Assembly (NCBI GenBank): GCA_963781885.1
Contig: CAWAHW010000002.1
Coordinates: 608,001 to 672,000 of the forward strand
DNA: 64,000 nt
Direction: 5' to 3'
Source: an uncultured Spirochaetota bacterium
Lineage (GTDB): Bacteria; Spirochaetota; Spirochaetia; SZUA-6; Fen-1364
Below the pieces are notes generated by a model. The model ran no database searches. It saw only the letters and a program-made list of their open reading frames with translations, and was not told the origin of the DNA. The position numbers and the translations under genes are program-made. Of this stretch, positions 33,601-41,886 are shown one piece after another (position 1 is the stretch's first letter; the number at the start of each line of letters is the position of its first letter).

Positions 33601-34772
33601 GGCAGGTAGACGATGGCATGATTGAAAAGGCCGAATCCCGGAAGTTGGGGGGCCACGTCCAAGTCATCGCCCGCCATCAGGAGGGCCAGGCGCGCGTCGA
33701 TTCCGGCGGCCCGCAACGCGGCCGCGAGCAGGACGGCTTGGTCCTTGCAGTCTCCGTAGCCGCGCGTGAGGGTGTCCCGCGGCGGGTGCGGGACGATGGC
33801 GTTCTGGCCGAAATTGATGCCCGTGTAGCGCACGTCCTTGCGCACGCGATAAAGGATGGCGGCAATGAGGGCATCCGTCTTCATGGGCGTTCCGCCCGTG
33901 ATGCTCTGGACATAGGCCTTGAGGGACGTGCCGTCCAGCAGGGGGTCGGTCATTTGCGCGTATGCCCGCGCGATGTCCTTCCACGATGCGCCCGTGGAAA
34001 AATCCACGCAGGGCACCGGCGGCGTGTCCGACGTGAGGAGCTCCTCCTGCTCCTTCAGGCCCGCGATGTTCGTCGCGTCGAAACGGAGGGTGAGACGGCC
34101 TCCCGCCTCCTGGCGTACGGGGGCGAGGGCCTGCGTGCCGCGCACGGCGTAGCGCAGCGCCATTCCCGTCGGGCAGTCGATCAGGAGCCGGCGGGAAAGA
34201 ACGATGTCGGTGTGCCCGAACCAGACCCGCTCGGAGCTCCCGGCACCCAGCAGCGGCGCCTTGTCCGTCATGACGATCTGGTACTCCACGACGCATCCCG
34301 GCTCCAGGTTCGGCAGGGGCGCGTTGAGGACGCGCGAGTCGGAGTAGACGTCGGGTTCGTCTGAGCTCGCCGTGCTGTCGGCGACGGTCGTCGGGTCGAG
34401 CAGGGACTCCCGGCCGTCCTTGCCGATGACGCGCGCCCGGATGCGCGGTGTTTCCTGCCGCCACGGCTGCCACCAGGAGCTTGCGGTCGACCATTTCGAG
34501 ATCCCGTCCCGGTTGGCGATCTTGTAGATGACCCGGTAGGTATGCACCGCCGCGCCGGCCGTGTCGAATGTGAAGGAATCCTCCTCGTGCATGATCACCA
34601 CGTCGTCGCTCCCGGCGCCCTGGACCTGGGCCGCGGCGGCAGCGATGTCCGGGGCGGCGAGGCTGAAGGCTGGCGCGTCCCAGGCGATGGCGGAAAGTGA
34701 CACGGGGATGAACAGGGCTATTGCGAGCGCGGCGGCTGCGCCGCAGCGAGGGACGGATGGTGCTTGTTTCAT
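30657..34772 (-). CDS. Exported DUF3857/transglutaminase-like protein with TPR-like region
   Basis: Signal peptide; GYGDCKDQA, FNHAIVY and WIDPT triad; helical repeats; start MKQAP inferred. Confidence 0.82.
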   Translation of the reverse strand: MKQAPSVPRCGAAAALAIALFIPVSLSAIAWDAPAFSLAAPDIAAAAAQVQGAGSDDVVIMHEEDSFTFDTAGAAVHTYRVIYKIANRDGISKWSTASSWWQPWRQETPRIRARVIGKDGRESLLDPTTVADSTASSDEPDVYSDSRVLNAPLPNLEPGCVVEYQIVMTDKAPLLGAGSSERVWFGHTDIVLSRRLLIDCPTGMALRYAVRGTQALAPVRQEAGGRLTLRFDATNIAGLKEQEELLTSDTPPVPCVDFSTGASWKDIARAYAQMTDPLLDGTSLKAYVQSITGGTPMKTDALIAAILYRVRKDVRYTGINFGQNAIVPHPPRDTLTRGYGDCKDQAVLLAAALRAAGIDARLALLMAGDDLDVAPQLPGFGLFNHAIVYLPGEGMWIDPTADFVPPGELPLMDQARRALIITAGTAALSLTPDPPPSRNWFREVREFRLAESGPAALTETSTMGGSFEASYRDSFERSSSTEAHDHLEKYVKSEYDAEGLARFSTSDPRAMDTPFTMTVEATGTKEGATDDSSAVVYVRAGGLLSYLPDFVTQADAAGTTFARKNDLRLWEPFVCDYVYHIIPPPGFRAAALPPDQTVPLGPAILKKTFTLEQDGSVTGVLHLDSVRRVYTAAETVALHEAARAFLAGQASVVSFEQVGESLLAAGRYREALDEFKSLAALYPAEASHRVQISRALLAAGFGEDALAEARAAVALQPALALAHGNLAWTLLHDAFGRILTRGVDIAGARAEYESARKLDPSDSSFTRNLAILDEYNDGLVRYGAGAKLDDAVTLYRSIEKDIKDSDFWPNLSIDLLYLGRFQEIKTTLQEGAPTATLQALSVAASAAIDGTAAAQKEAARLVASADDRRKVLGSAAQYLLDIRRYPQSAELMIAGARGTSNLTQTMAFADLLKNLAPADAKALDDATPTGLILHFMSLLLQADGTTPALEALMASSVRAALVDPSEQEKTERTIDAMRGAVSRMAVPADTMLDLMSRFISVKVLNDGVATAALVTLPAFPGFTPTVFYLTKEGNVYRIVDTAADSAGIARESLALLDAGRVNDARSWYHLLRTQHEKTAVFPDISTDPLFTLLPPDGAGPDALRLAAGVALTRSSSPADARLGATLVMPKWRTEQDAARRLVIETSLAQGLLTAGMLTELKDVAAGYLRDAPDNTVALGLLCIALEHAGAPADADALIRTRLAAKPGDIGLQRLLEDRLANAGRYAEAIAVAGSILDSGTAELQDYNNFAWYGLYTGAPDPAVMEQRQLVQRLVEGNAAELHTLACLLADAGRFLEAQEVFEKYLDQSGEASPSSSAWLAYGIRAQRFGLADTARSAFARVKMEDPESVDPGISSWALAQVHVKQEGTEKK

Positions 34773-34937
34773 ATGCCGGGAAGTATAGCCCCGCGGCATG
34801 GCCCCCACAACTGGCGGGAGAGCGCGGCGATTTCTGTTTGCGCGTCCCGAGGGCGGGCTTTGGCTGTGGACGATGGGCACCGGCGACCGTACCTTGTGTA
34901 GTGTCGCGCCTTCCCCGGCGCGGAAGAGGAGGATGCA

Positions 34938-35561
34938 TTGGCAAAGACTCACCGGGCGGCCCGTTTGACCGCCCTTGTATTCGCCGCCGTGGCGGCCTTT
35001 GGAGCCCAGGGATTCGCACAGGCCGCCTCGTCCGGCAGCACGGTGGCCCCGTCCGTCGACGGCACGATCTCGGCCGTCTCCGGCTCGATGGTGACCCTCA
35101 CCCTCGCCGATGGAACGAGCAAGTCCGTGAAGCTGCAGGGCACGACGATGGTGCTCGCGCGGCAGGTCGCCACCCTGGACGGGATCATGGCGGGTGACGC
35201 GGTGGGAATCGCCGCGCGCCGGGACAGCAACGCCCTCGTGGCGACGAATATCAATATCTTCGCCCCGCAGATGTGGGACATCGTGCGCAAAGGCCAGTTC
35301 CCAATGGCCGACGGCCAGACCATGACCAATGCGGTCGTGGCGCAGGCGGTGAAGGGCGTGCAGGGCCGCACGCTCACGATGAAGCTGACCGAGGGCGTCT
35401 CCACGATCAGCGTGCCGGACGAGGTCCCGATCCACCGCCTGGTGGCCCTGACCACGGCGAGCCTGACCGTGGGGCTCCACGTCCTGATCCGCGGATCAGC
35501 CAACGCTGACGGCTCGTTCACCGCGGCGTCCGTAAGCTTCGACCAGTCTCCGAAGAGGTGA
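34938..35561 (+). CDS. Exported hypothetical protein (DUF5666-like duplicated beta modules)
   Basis: Signal peptide, two similar beta-rich halves, SD GAGGAGG before TTG. Confidence 0.7.
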   Translation: MAKTHRAARLTALVFAAVAAFGAQGFAQAASSGSTVAPSVDGTISAVSGSMVTLTLADGTSKSVKLQGTTMVLARQVATLDGIMAGDAVGIAARRDSNALVATNINIFAPQMWDIVRKGQFPMADGQTMTNAVVAQAVKGVQGRTLTMKLTEGVSTISVPDEVPIHRLVALTTASLTVGLHVLIRGSANADGSFTAASVSFDQSPKR

Positions 35562-35569
35562 GAGACAGA

Positions 35570-35594
35570 CGGGGAAGGCCGACGGCCTTCCCCG
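35570..35594. terminator. Perfect intergenic hairpin
   Basis: CGGGGAAGGCC-GAC-GGCCTTCCCCG; no long T run. Confidence 0.5.
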
Positions 35595-35612
35595 CGTCTC
35601 GCTATTCAGAAA

Positions 35613-36467
35613 ATGGCATCTTGCGACGAGCTGTCAGGGGGAGTGGAGCGCTTGGCCGCGCTCATGAAGGGGAAGAATGTCCTTGCGCTGAGCGGCGCCG
35701 GGCTCAGCACGGAGTCCGGCATCCCCGACTACCGGGGGCCCCGCTCGATGCAGCGGCGCACGCGACCCATCTATTACAAGGAGTTCGTGGAGAGCGCGAC
35801 GGCACGCGCCCGGTACTGGGCACGCAGCACGGTCGGCTGGCCCACGGTGGCTGCTGCCCGGCCCAATGCGGGTCACGTGGCATTGGCTGGTCTGGAGCGC
35901 GCCGGCGCGCTCAGCGGCGTGATCACGCAGAACGTGGACAGGCTCCATCACGCGGCGGGAAGCACCGTCCTGGAGCTGCACGGCAGCCTTGCGGACGTGG
36001 TGTGCCTCGCCTGTGGGGCCGTCGAGGCCCGGTCGGACCTCCAGGAACGCGTCCTTGCCTTGAATCCTCAGTGGGCGGTCGGCGTCCATCGCGCTGCATC
36101 GGCTGAGCCGGACGGCGATGCCCGGGTGGAGCCGCCGGCGGACGGATCGTTCCTCATACCCGACTGCCTGCAATGCGGCGGCATGCTGAAGCCTGACGTG
36201 ACGTTCTTCGGCGAAAGTGTTCCCCGCGAGCGGGTGGAGCGCGGCTTTGCGATGCTCGCCTCGGCGGACGTACTGCTCGTCGTCGGCTCGTCTCTGGCGG
36301 TCTTCTCAGGCTATCGTTTCGTCGTGCGCGCCGTGGACGAGGGAAAGCCTGTGGCAATTGTCAACAACGGCCCCACGCGGGGAGATCCTGTTGCCACCGT
36401 GCGCATCGATGCCATGCTTGGTGAGGCGTTGCCACGGCTTGCGATGGCGCTTTGTGCTTCCGCTTGA
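35613..36467 (+). CDS. NAD-dependent protein deacylase, Sir2 family (class II/SIRT4-like)
   Basis: GAGLSTESGIPDYRG, ITQNVDRLH, HGS, two CxxC, KPDVTFFGE. Confidence 0.92.
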   Translation: MASCDELSGGVERLAALMKGKNVLALSGAGLSTESGIPDYRGPRSMQRRTRPIYYKEFVESATARARYWARSTVGWPTVAAARPNAGHVALAGLERAGALSGVITQNVDRLHHAAGSTVLELHGSLADVVCLACGAVEARSDLQERVLALNPQWAVGVHRAASAEPDGDARVEPPADGSFLIPDCLQCGGMLKPDVTFFGESVPRERVERGFAMLASADVLLVVGSSLAVFSGYRFVVRAVDEGKPVAIVNNGPTRGDPVATVRIDAMLGEALPRLAMALCASA

Positions 36468-36492
36468 CACCGGCGCCGTTCGGTGATAATCT
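36464..36492 (+). promoter_or_regulatory. Sigma70 promoter driving an intergenic RNA
   Basis: TTGACA-17 bp-TAATCT with extended TG. Confidence 0.7.
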
Positions 36493-36587
36493 CCTGCCAG
36501 ATTTGATTGTTCTGGAGCCGCCTCTCTGATCTCGTCGCCAACGCGCGAATTGTGCGCTGGCAGAGGTGGCGCTTCGAAACTGAAAGC

Positions 36588-36633
36588 AAGCCATCGCTGC
36601 CACGGTATACAGTGCAGGATGGCTTTTTTATTT
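36588..36633 (+). terminator. Intrinsic terminator-like hairpin inside the candidate RNA
   Basis: AAGCCATC...GATGGCTT followed by TTTTATTT. Confidence 0.65.
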
Positions 36634-36731
36634 CCCCGTGCGGGCTCACCGCGTTGCGGCACGCCTGCACGGGCACTCCGTCCGCGGGCGGAAATCCACG
36701 AGCCTGCGAAAGCAGGGAAAGGAGGTGCGTG

Positions 36732-36779
36732 GTGAAGAACGATCAAGACATGCCTGACCAGAGGTGGTCCGGCATCTAG
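36732..36779 (+). CDS. Possible 15-aa peptide MKNDQDMPDQRWSGI
   Basis: AAGGAGGT at 36719-36726, GTG start, TAG stop. Confidence 0.3.
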   Translation: MKNDQDMPDQRWSGI

Positions 36780-36795
36780 ACGGTCAAATCTGTCG

Positions 36796-36838
36796 TGGCC
36801 GCCCCGCAACTCCGCCCGGAGCGGAAGGGGGCGGCCAC
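36796..36838. terminator. Hairpin between convergent transcription units
   Basis: GTGGCCGCCCC/GGGGCGGCCAC perfect 11-bp stem. Confidence 0.55.
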
Positions 36839-36839
36839 A

Positions 36840-37398
36840 CTATATGCGGGCAAGCTCGCCCGCCATTGCGGCAGTTGAGTCCCGTATCGCCTTGATCTTG
36901 TACTCCCGATTCCACCTGTTCACCGACACCATGTCGAAACGACGCGCCCCGACATGCTGGGTGAGCCGCTCCATGCTCGCCAGGCAGCTCACCGCGCCAT
37001 TGCCCGGAGCCTCCCGCCGCTGCAACCAGGAGGAATGGCTTTCCCGCCAGCCGGCTGTGCTCTCCCGCGGTCGCCTCGCACCGGCGCAGGCGGTCGGTAA
37101 ATGCCTTTGCCGATTCGCTCATCTCCCCCCAGTAGACGGGCGTCACGAGCACCACGGCATCGGCGGCGCAAATGTCCCGGTGCACGGCCTGGAAGCCGTC
37201 CGCCACCTGGCACTCGTGCGTCTTGTTGCAGGTGCCCCAGCCATCATTGCACGCGCGGCAGTTGCCGACGCCGGCATCGTTGATGCGGATCTCCCGCGCG
37301 TCGACGCCTGAGCTGCGGGCGCCTTCGAGGGCAGACTGCGCGCAGGCCGCGGTGAGCCCATCCTTGTTGGGGCTGCTGCTGAGAACAATGATCTGCAT
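36840..37398 (-). CDS. Iron-sulfur flavoprotein/flavodoxin family protein, one indel near 37004
   Basis: SSPNKDGLT, CRAC...C...C, TPVYWG; C-terminus continues in frame 36840..37025. Confidence 0.82.
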
Positions 37399-37400
37399 AG

Positions 37401-40085
37401 CTACCTTCCGGCCGCCGGAGCGGCAAAAGCGCGCAGCACCGTGGGAAGGATGCCGCCATTGCGGTAATAGGAGAGCTCCACCTCCGAGTTGATGCGTGCC
37501 GTCACGGCGAAGCTCTTCTCCCCGCTCGGCCCGCGTGCCGTGACCGTGAGCGTCTGTCCCGGCTTCTCCGCCGGCGCGATGTCGTAGATCTCCTCACCCG
37601 TGAGCCCCAGGCTCTGTGCGCTTTCCCCCTTTACGAACTGCAAAGGCAGGATGCCCATGCCGACGAGGTTCGACCTGTGGATGCGCTCGTAGCTTTCCGC
37701 GATGACCGCGCGTACGCCGAGGAGAAGCGGGCCTTTCGCTGCCCAGTCGCGGGAGCTGCCGGAGCCGTATTCCTTTCCCGCGATCACGACCAGCGGCACC
37801 TTTTCCGCCGCGTAGCGCTCCGCGGCGTCGAATATGGCAAGCTGTTCGCCCGAGGGAAGGTGGCGGGTGTAGCCGCCCTCCACGCCGGGCACCATCCGGT
37901 TGCGGATGCGGATATTCGCGAATGTGCCGCGGATGAGCACCTCGTGATTTCCCCTCCGCGAGCCATAGGTGTTGAAGTCGGCAGGCTTCACGCCGTTCTG
38001 CACCAGCCAGCGCCCGGCCGGGCTCTTTTCAGGGATGGCGCCGGCAGGGGAGATGTGGTCCGTGGTCACGGAGTCTCCCAGCACCGCAAGCACACGCGCA
38101 CCTGCGATCTTCGGGACGCCGGCAGGTGCGGTCGTCATGCCCTCGAAGAAGGAAGGCTTTCGAATGTAGGTGGACTGAGTACTCCACGCGTAGCGCCGCG
38201 CCTCGGGGATCGTGACATGTTTCCACGCCTCGTCCCCGTCAAAAACATTCGCATAGACCGTGCGGAACATCTCGGGCGTGAGATATTCTTTCAGCGCCTC
38301 GTCGATCTCCGCGAGGGAAGGCCAGATGTCGCGCAGGTACACCGGCGCGTCGGTGTGATCCCGGCCGATGGGCTGCGTTGCAAGGTCGATGTCCATGCTG
38401 CCCGCCAGCGCGTAGGCGACGACGAGCGGCGGCGAGGCGAGGTAGTTCGCCTTCACCTCGGGATGTATCCGTCCTTCGAAATTCCTGTTCCCCGACAGCA
38501 CGGAGACCACGGTGAGGTCGGAATCCTTGACGGCGGCGCTGATCGACGATGCAAGAGGCCCAGAGTTGCCGATGCAGGTCGTGCAGCCGTACCCCACGAC
38601 GTGGAAGCCCAGCGCTTCAAGGTACGGGCTGAGCCCGGCCCGGTCGAGATACTGTGTCACGACCTTGGATCCGGGGGCGAAGCTCGTCTTCACGGATGCC
38701 GGTACATGCAGTCCCAGGTGCACCGCCTTGCGCGCCAGGAGCCCCGCGGCGAGCATCACCGCCGGGTTGGACGTATTCGTGCAACTCGTAATGGCGGCGA
38801 TCACCACCGCGCCGTCGCGCAAGGTCTCCCGGGTGCCGCCCACCTGCACCTCTACTTCACGCGGGGTGCCATTTGCGGGCGTCCCTGCCTGGCGCCATGA
38901 GTCCTTGGCGCGGGAAAGCGGGACCCGGTCCTGGGGCCGCTTCGGACCGGCGAGAGAGCTCTCCACCGTGGCAAGATCCAGCGTGAGCGTCGTGGTATAG
39001 GAAGGTTCCTCCGCGTCCGCGCCCCGGAAGAGACCCTGCTCCTTGCAGTATCTTTCCACGAGGTCGACCAGCTCGGGGCTCCGGCCGGTGAATCGCAGGT
39101 AGTCGAGCGTCTTCTCATCCACGGGGAAGAAGCCTGCCGTGGCGCCGTACTCGGGGGACATGTTTCCGATGGTCGCGCGATCCGCGACGCTGAGAGACGC
39201 GAGCCCGGGGCCGAAGAACTCGACGATCTTGTCGACGACGCCGTGCGCGCGGAGCATCTGCGTGACGGTGAGCACGAGGTCCGTCGCGGTGACCCCTTCG
39301 CGGAGGCTGCCGTTCATCTTCACCCCGACGACCTCGGGGATGAGCATGTAGAGCGGCTGCCCCAGGAGCGCAGCCTCCGCCTCGATCCCGCCGACGCCCC
39401 AGCCCAGGACGCCGATGCCGTTGATCATCGGGGTGTGGGAGTCCGTTCCGACCACCGTGTCGGGAAATGCCGTGGCGAGCTTCGCCCCCGGTTGCCGGCG
39501 CACCTGCACGACCTTCGCGAGGTACTCGAGGTTGACCTGGTGCACGATGCCGGTTGCCGGCGGCACGACGCGGAAGTCGGCAAAAGCGCGCGATCCCCAG
39601 CGCAGAAACTCGTAGCGCTCCTGGTTGCGCCGGAACTCGAGTGAGGCATTGCCCGCCAGTGCGCGCGTGGAGCCGTAGAGGTCGACCTGCACGGAATGGT
39701 CGATGACGAGGTCGACCGGGATGATGGGGTTGATGCGCTGGGGATCGCCTCCCATCGCCTGCATGGCGTCCCGCATGGCCGCGAGGTCCACGATCGCGGG
39801 CACGCCCGTGAAGTCCTGCATCACGACCCGTGCGGGCTTGAACGGGAACTCGCGCGTCCCCGCGTCCGGTGCATTCCAGGCGCACAACGCCTGGACGTCC
39901 TCCTCACGGACGTCGAAGCCGTTCACCTGGCGCAACACCGATTCGAGCAGGATCCTGATGGAGAATGGCATGCGGGAGACCTTCCCCAGCCCGCGTGCTT
40001 CCAGCCGAGGCAGGCTGGCGTACTGGAAGCGCCCCATCGCCGATTTCAATATGCTCCATTCGATTGCAGGCTCCGCATGTGCCAT
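37401..40085 (-). CDS. acnA: Aconitate hydratase A
   Basis: QDFTGVP, GTDSHT, ITSCTNTSNP, GYGCTTCIGNSG, GSSRDWAAKG. Confidence 0.96.
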   Translation of the reverse strand: MAHAEPAIEWSILKSAMGRFQYASLPRLEARGLGKVSRMPFSIRILLESVLRQVNGFDVREEDVQALCAWNAPDAGTREFPFKPARVVMQDFTGVPAIVDLAAMRDAMQAMGGDPQRINPIIPVDLVIDHSVQVDLYGSTRALAGNASLEFRRNQERYEFLRWGSRAFADFRVVPPATGIVHQVNLEYLAKVVQVRRQPGAKLATAFPDTVVGTDSHTPMINGIGVLGWGVGGIEAEAALLGQPLYMLIPEVVGVKMNGSLREGVTATDLVLTVTQMLRAHGVVDKIVEFFGPGLASLSVADRATIGNMSPEYGATAGFFPVDEKTLDYLRFTGRSPELVDLVERYCKEQGLFRGADAEEPSYTTTLTLDLATVESSLAGPKRPQDRVPLSRAKDSWRQAGTPANGTPREVEVQVGGTRETLRDGAVVIAAITSCTNTSNPAVMLAAGLLARKAVHLGLHVPASVKTSFAPGSKVVTQYLDRAGLSPYLEALGFHVVGYGCTTCIGNSGPLASSISAAVKDSDLTVVSVLSGNRNFEGRIHPEVKANYLASPPLVVAYALAGSMDIDLATQPIGRDHTDAPVYLRDIWPSLAEIDEALKEYLTPEMFRTVYANVFDGDEAWKHVTIPEARRYAWSTQSTYIRKPSFFEGMTTAPAGVPKIAGARVLAVLGDSVTTDHISPAGAIPEKSPAGRWLVQNGVKPADFNTYGSRRGNHEVLIRGTFANIRIRNRMVPGVEGGYTRHLPSGEQLAIFDAAERYAAEKVPLVVIAGKEYGSGSSRDWAAKGPLLLGVRAVIAESYERIHRSNLVGMGILPLQFVKGESAQSLGLTGEEIYDIAPAEKPGQTLTVTARGPSGEKSFAVTARINSEVELSYYRNGGILPTVLRAFAAPAAGR

Positions 40086-40262
40086 ATTCCTTCTCCTTGT
40101 AGGTGAATATACATGAGCGGACCTCATTCGGTCAGGCCCGCGGATTGTCGCCCCCTGGGCGGCAGCAGCGCGGCTTCGCGCAGCGGGAGCCTCGCCATCC
40201 CTTGCCACGCCTTGTCAATCCCGCACAATTGCTCTATCATTGAACTCGAGAGAACGCAGAAG

Positions 40263-40874
40263 ATGCTGGTCCCCGCAGAGGTTTGGACAGTGGCCAAGGC
40301 CGAGCAAGGCAATGCGGTACTCGTCCGACCCCTCGGTCTGGACGTCGCCGTACCCATATTCATCGCTCCCCTTGAAGCCCAGTCCATCCTGATCGGCCTC
40401 GGGAGCGTCAAGATGCCCCGACCGCTGACGCACGATCTTTTCATCTCCGTCCTGGAAAGCCTCGAGTCGTCCGTGAACCGTGTGGAGATCACCTCGCTGA
40501 AGGAAAGCACGTACTACGCAAAGCTCATTCTAGAATCCTCGGGCTCGGAGATCTCGGTGGATGCCCGGCCCTCCGATTGCCTCGCACTTGCCGTGCGCGT
40601 GAAATGCCCCATCTACATCGATGAAGCCGTGGTGGACGAGGCGGGCATATCCGTGAAGATGGTGGAAGAGAAGAACCGCGAGCTGAAGCAGTCGGACGTC
40701 CCGGGGGCGATCCGGGAGTCTTCAGAGGCCCCCCAGCTCACGGAGCCTGCGGTCATCGAATCTGACGCGGAAATGACGGACCTCAAGAAGCTGCTGGATG
40801 CTGCAATCGAAGAAGAAAACTACGAAGAAGCCGCCCGTATCCGCGACAAGATCCGGGACGTGGAAAACACTTAG
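40263..40874 (+). CDS. Bifunctional nuclease family (DUF151) with C-terminal UVR motif
   Basis: PRPLTHDL, DARPSD, AIEEENYEEAARIRDKI. Confidence 0.9.
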   Translation: MLVPAEVWTVAKAEQGNAVLVRPLGLDVAVPIFIAPLEAQSILIGLGSVKMPRPLTHDLFISVLESLESSVNRVEITSLKESTYYAKLILESSGSEISVDARPSDCLALAVRVKCPIYIDEAVVDEAGISVKMVEEKNRELKQSDVPGAIRESSEAPQLTEPAVIESDAEMTDLKKLLDAAIEEENYEEAARIRDKIRDVENT

Positions 40875-40876
40875 CG

Positions 40877-41060
40877 CGGCCACGGTAGTCCGTGGCATTC
40901 ATGCCGGCCACGGTAGTCCGTGGCATTCATGCCGGCCACGGTAGTCCGTGGCATTCATGCCGGCCACGGTAGTCCGTGGCATTCATGCCGGCCACGGTAG
41001 TCCGTGGCATTCATGCCGGCCACGGCACCCCGTGGCATTCACGCGGCCACGGTAGTCCGT
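40877..41060. repeat. Tandem palindromic array, 28-bp unit CGGCCACGGTAGTCCGTGGCATTCATGC, 5 identical copies plus one variant and one partial
   Basis: Read directly from the sequence; lies between convergent genes. Confidence 0.97.
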
Positions 41061-41081
41061 AACGCTTGGCGCCCCGAAACC

Positions 41082-41780
41082 TCAGTCTGGACCGATCGAT
41101 GTTCCCACGAAGCTTTGCCCATCGAGGATGCGCGCGACATTTTCCAGGTTGCGCCCCTCGGCGAATATCACGCGGATCCGGGATCGCGCCGCGGCGTGCG
41201 CGGCAGTCGGGTCGAATGGGGTGTTTTTCCCCGGCGTCCAATCGTCACCAATAATGGAGAGAAGCCCGGCCCAGGAGACCTTTTCCAGAGGTCGGGCGGA
41301 CGGATCGATCTTCGGGTCGGCTGAATAGACTTGCGCGATATTCGACAGGTTGATCACCGTGGACGCCGAAAAACGCTGCGCAAGCACGACCGCGTCATTG
41401 TCGGTGGAGAAGCCCGGTTTCCATCCCGCGCCGACGAGGACGCGACCGGCAAAGACCGCCACCGCGGTGGGGTCCGTGACGAGGTCCTCCACGCACCACG
41501 TCCGGAAGATGCGCCGCAGGAGCTCGCCGTTCACGCGGGTGGCGGCGATGCCGACCCAATCGAGGTCCTCCGCGCGGGCGTCCGTGGTCACCTCGCGGAG
41601 CGCTGCCTGGTAGTCGCGCGCGAGACTCCCGCCGCCGCAGACGATGATGAGCCTGCGCTCGCCGTCCTTCTCGAGGTATTTTCCCACGAGGTCGTGGAAC
41701 GCCTTCAGGAACGCGGGGTCGATGCCCCGGGGCGCGATGATCGAGCCGCCGAGTGAAATGACCGTGACTTTGTCGGACAT
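41082..41780 (-). CDS. pyrH: UMP kinase (archaeal-type subfamily)
   Basis: SLGGS, CGGGSLARDYQ, GWKPGFSTD, YSADP, PFDP. Confidence 0.9.
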   Translation of the reverse strand: MSDKVTVISLGGSIIAPRGIDPAFLKAFHDLVGKYLEKDGERRLIIVCGGGSLARDYQAALREVTTDARAEDLDWVGIAATRVNGELLRRIFRTWCVEDLVTDPTAVAVFAGRVLVGAGWKPGFSTDNDAVVLAQRFSASTVINLSNIAQVYSADPKIDPSARPLEKVSWAGLLSIIGDDWTPGKNTPFDPTAAHAAARSRIRVIFAEGRNLENVARILDGQSFVGTSIGPD

Positions 41781-41886
41781 GATCCTACTATAGAACATAC
41801 GGGGAGGCCCCGCCAGCGGCACGGCGTGCGCCCCATTGCGGTATGCATTACTTGCAAAAGCATGCATCTCGGTTTATATGTCCTGC

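Larger units (their letters stand above)
36498..36792 (+). ncRNA. Candidate structured RNA (family not recognised)
   Basis: 5' and 3' ends pair with G-U wobbles; several internal hairpins; follows a promoter. Confidence 0.55.

Noticed and set aside
35613-36467. Anti-phage Sir2 NADase (Thoeris/DSR-type)
   Set aside because: Has the zinc-binding domain and motifs of a housekeeping class II sirtuin, and no defence partner genes are adjacent
36498-36792. MITE with terminal inverted repeats
   Set aside because: End complementarity depends on G-U pairs and I see no target-site duplication; RNA pairing explains it better
40877-41060. CRISPR array (28-bp palindromic repeat next to a nuclease gene)
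   Set aside because: No spacers, and the neighbouring DUF151 protein is not a Cas protein
41082-41780. Archaeal-type pyrH as a novel horizontal transfer
   Set aside because: This subfamily is already known from spirochaetes, and its composition matches the surrounding genes
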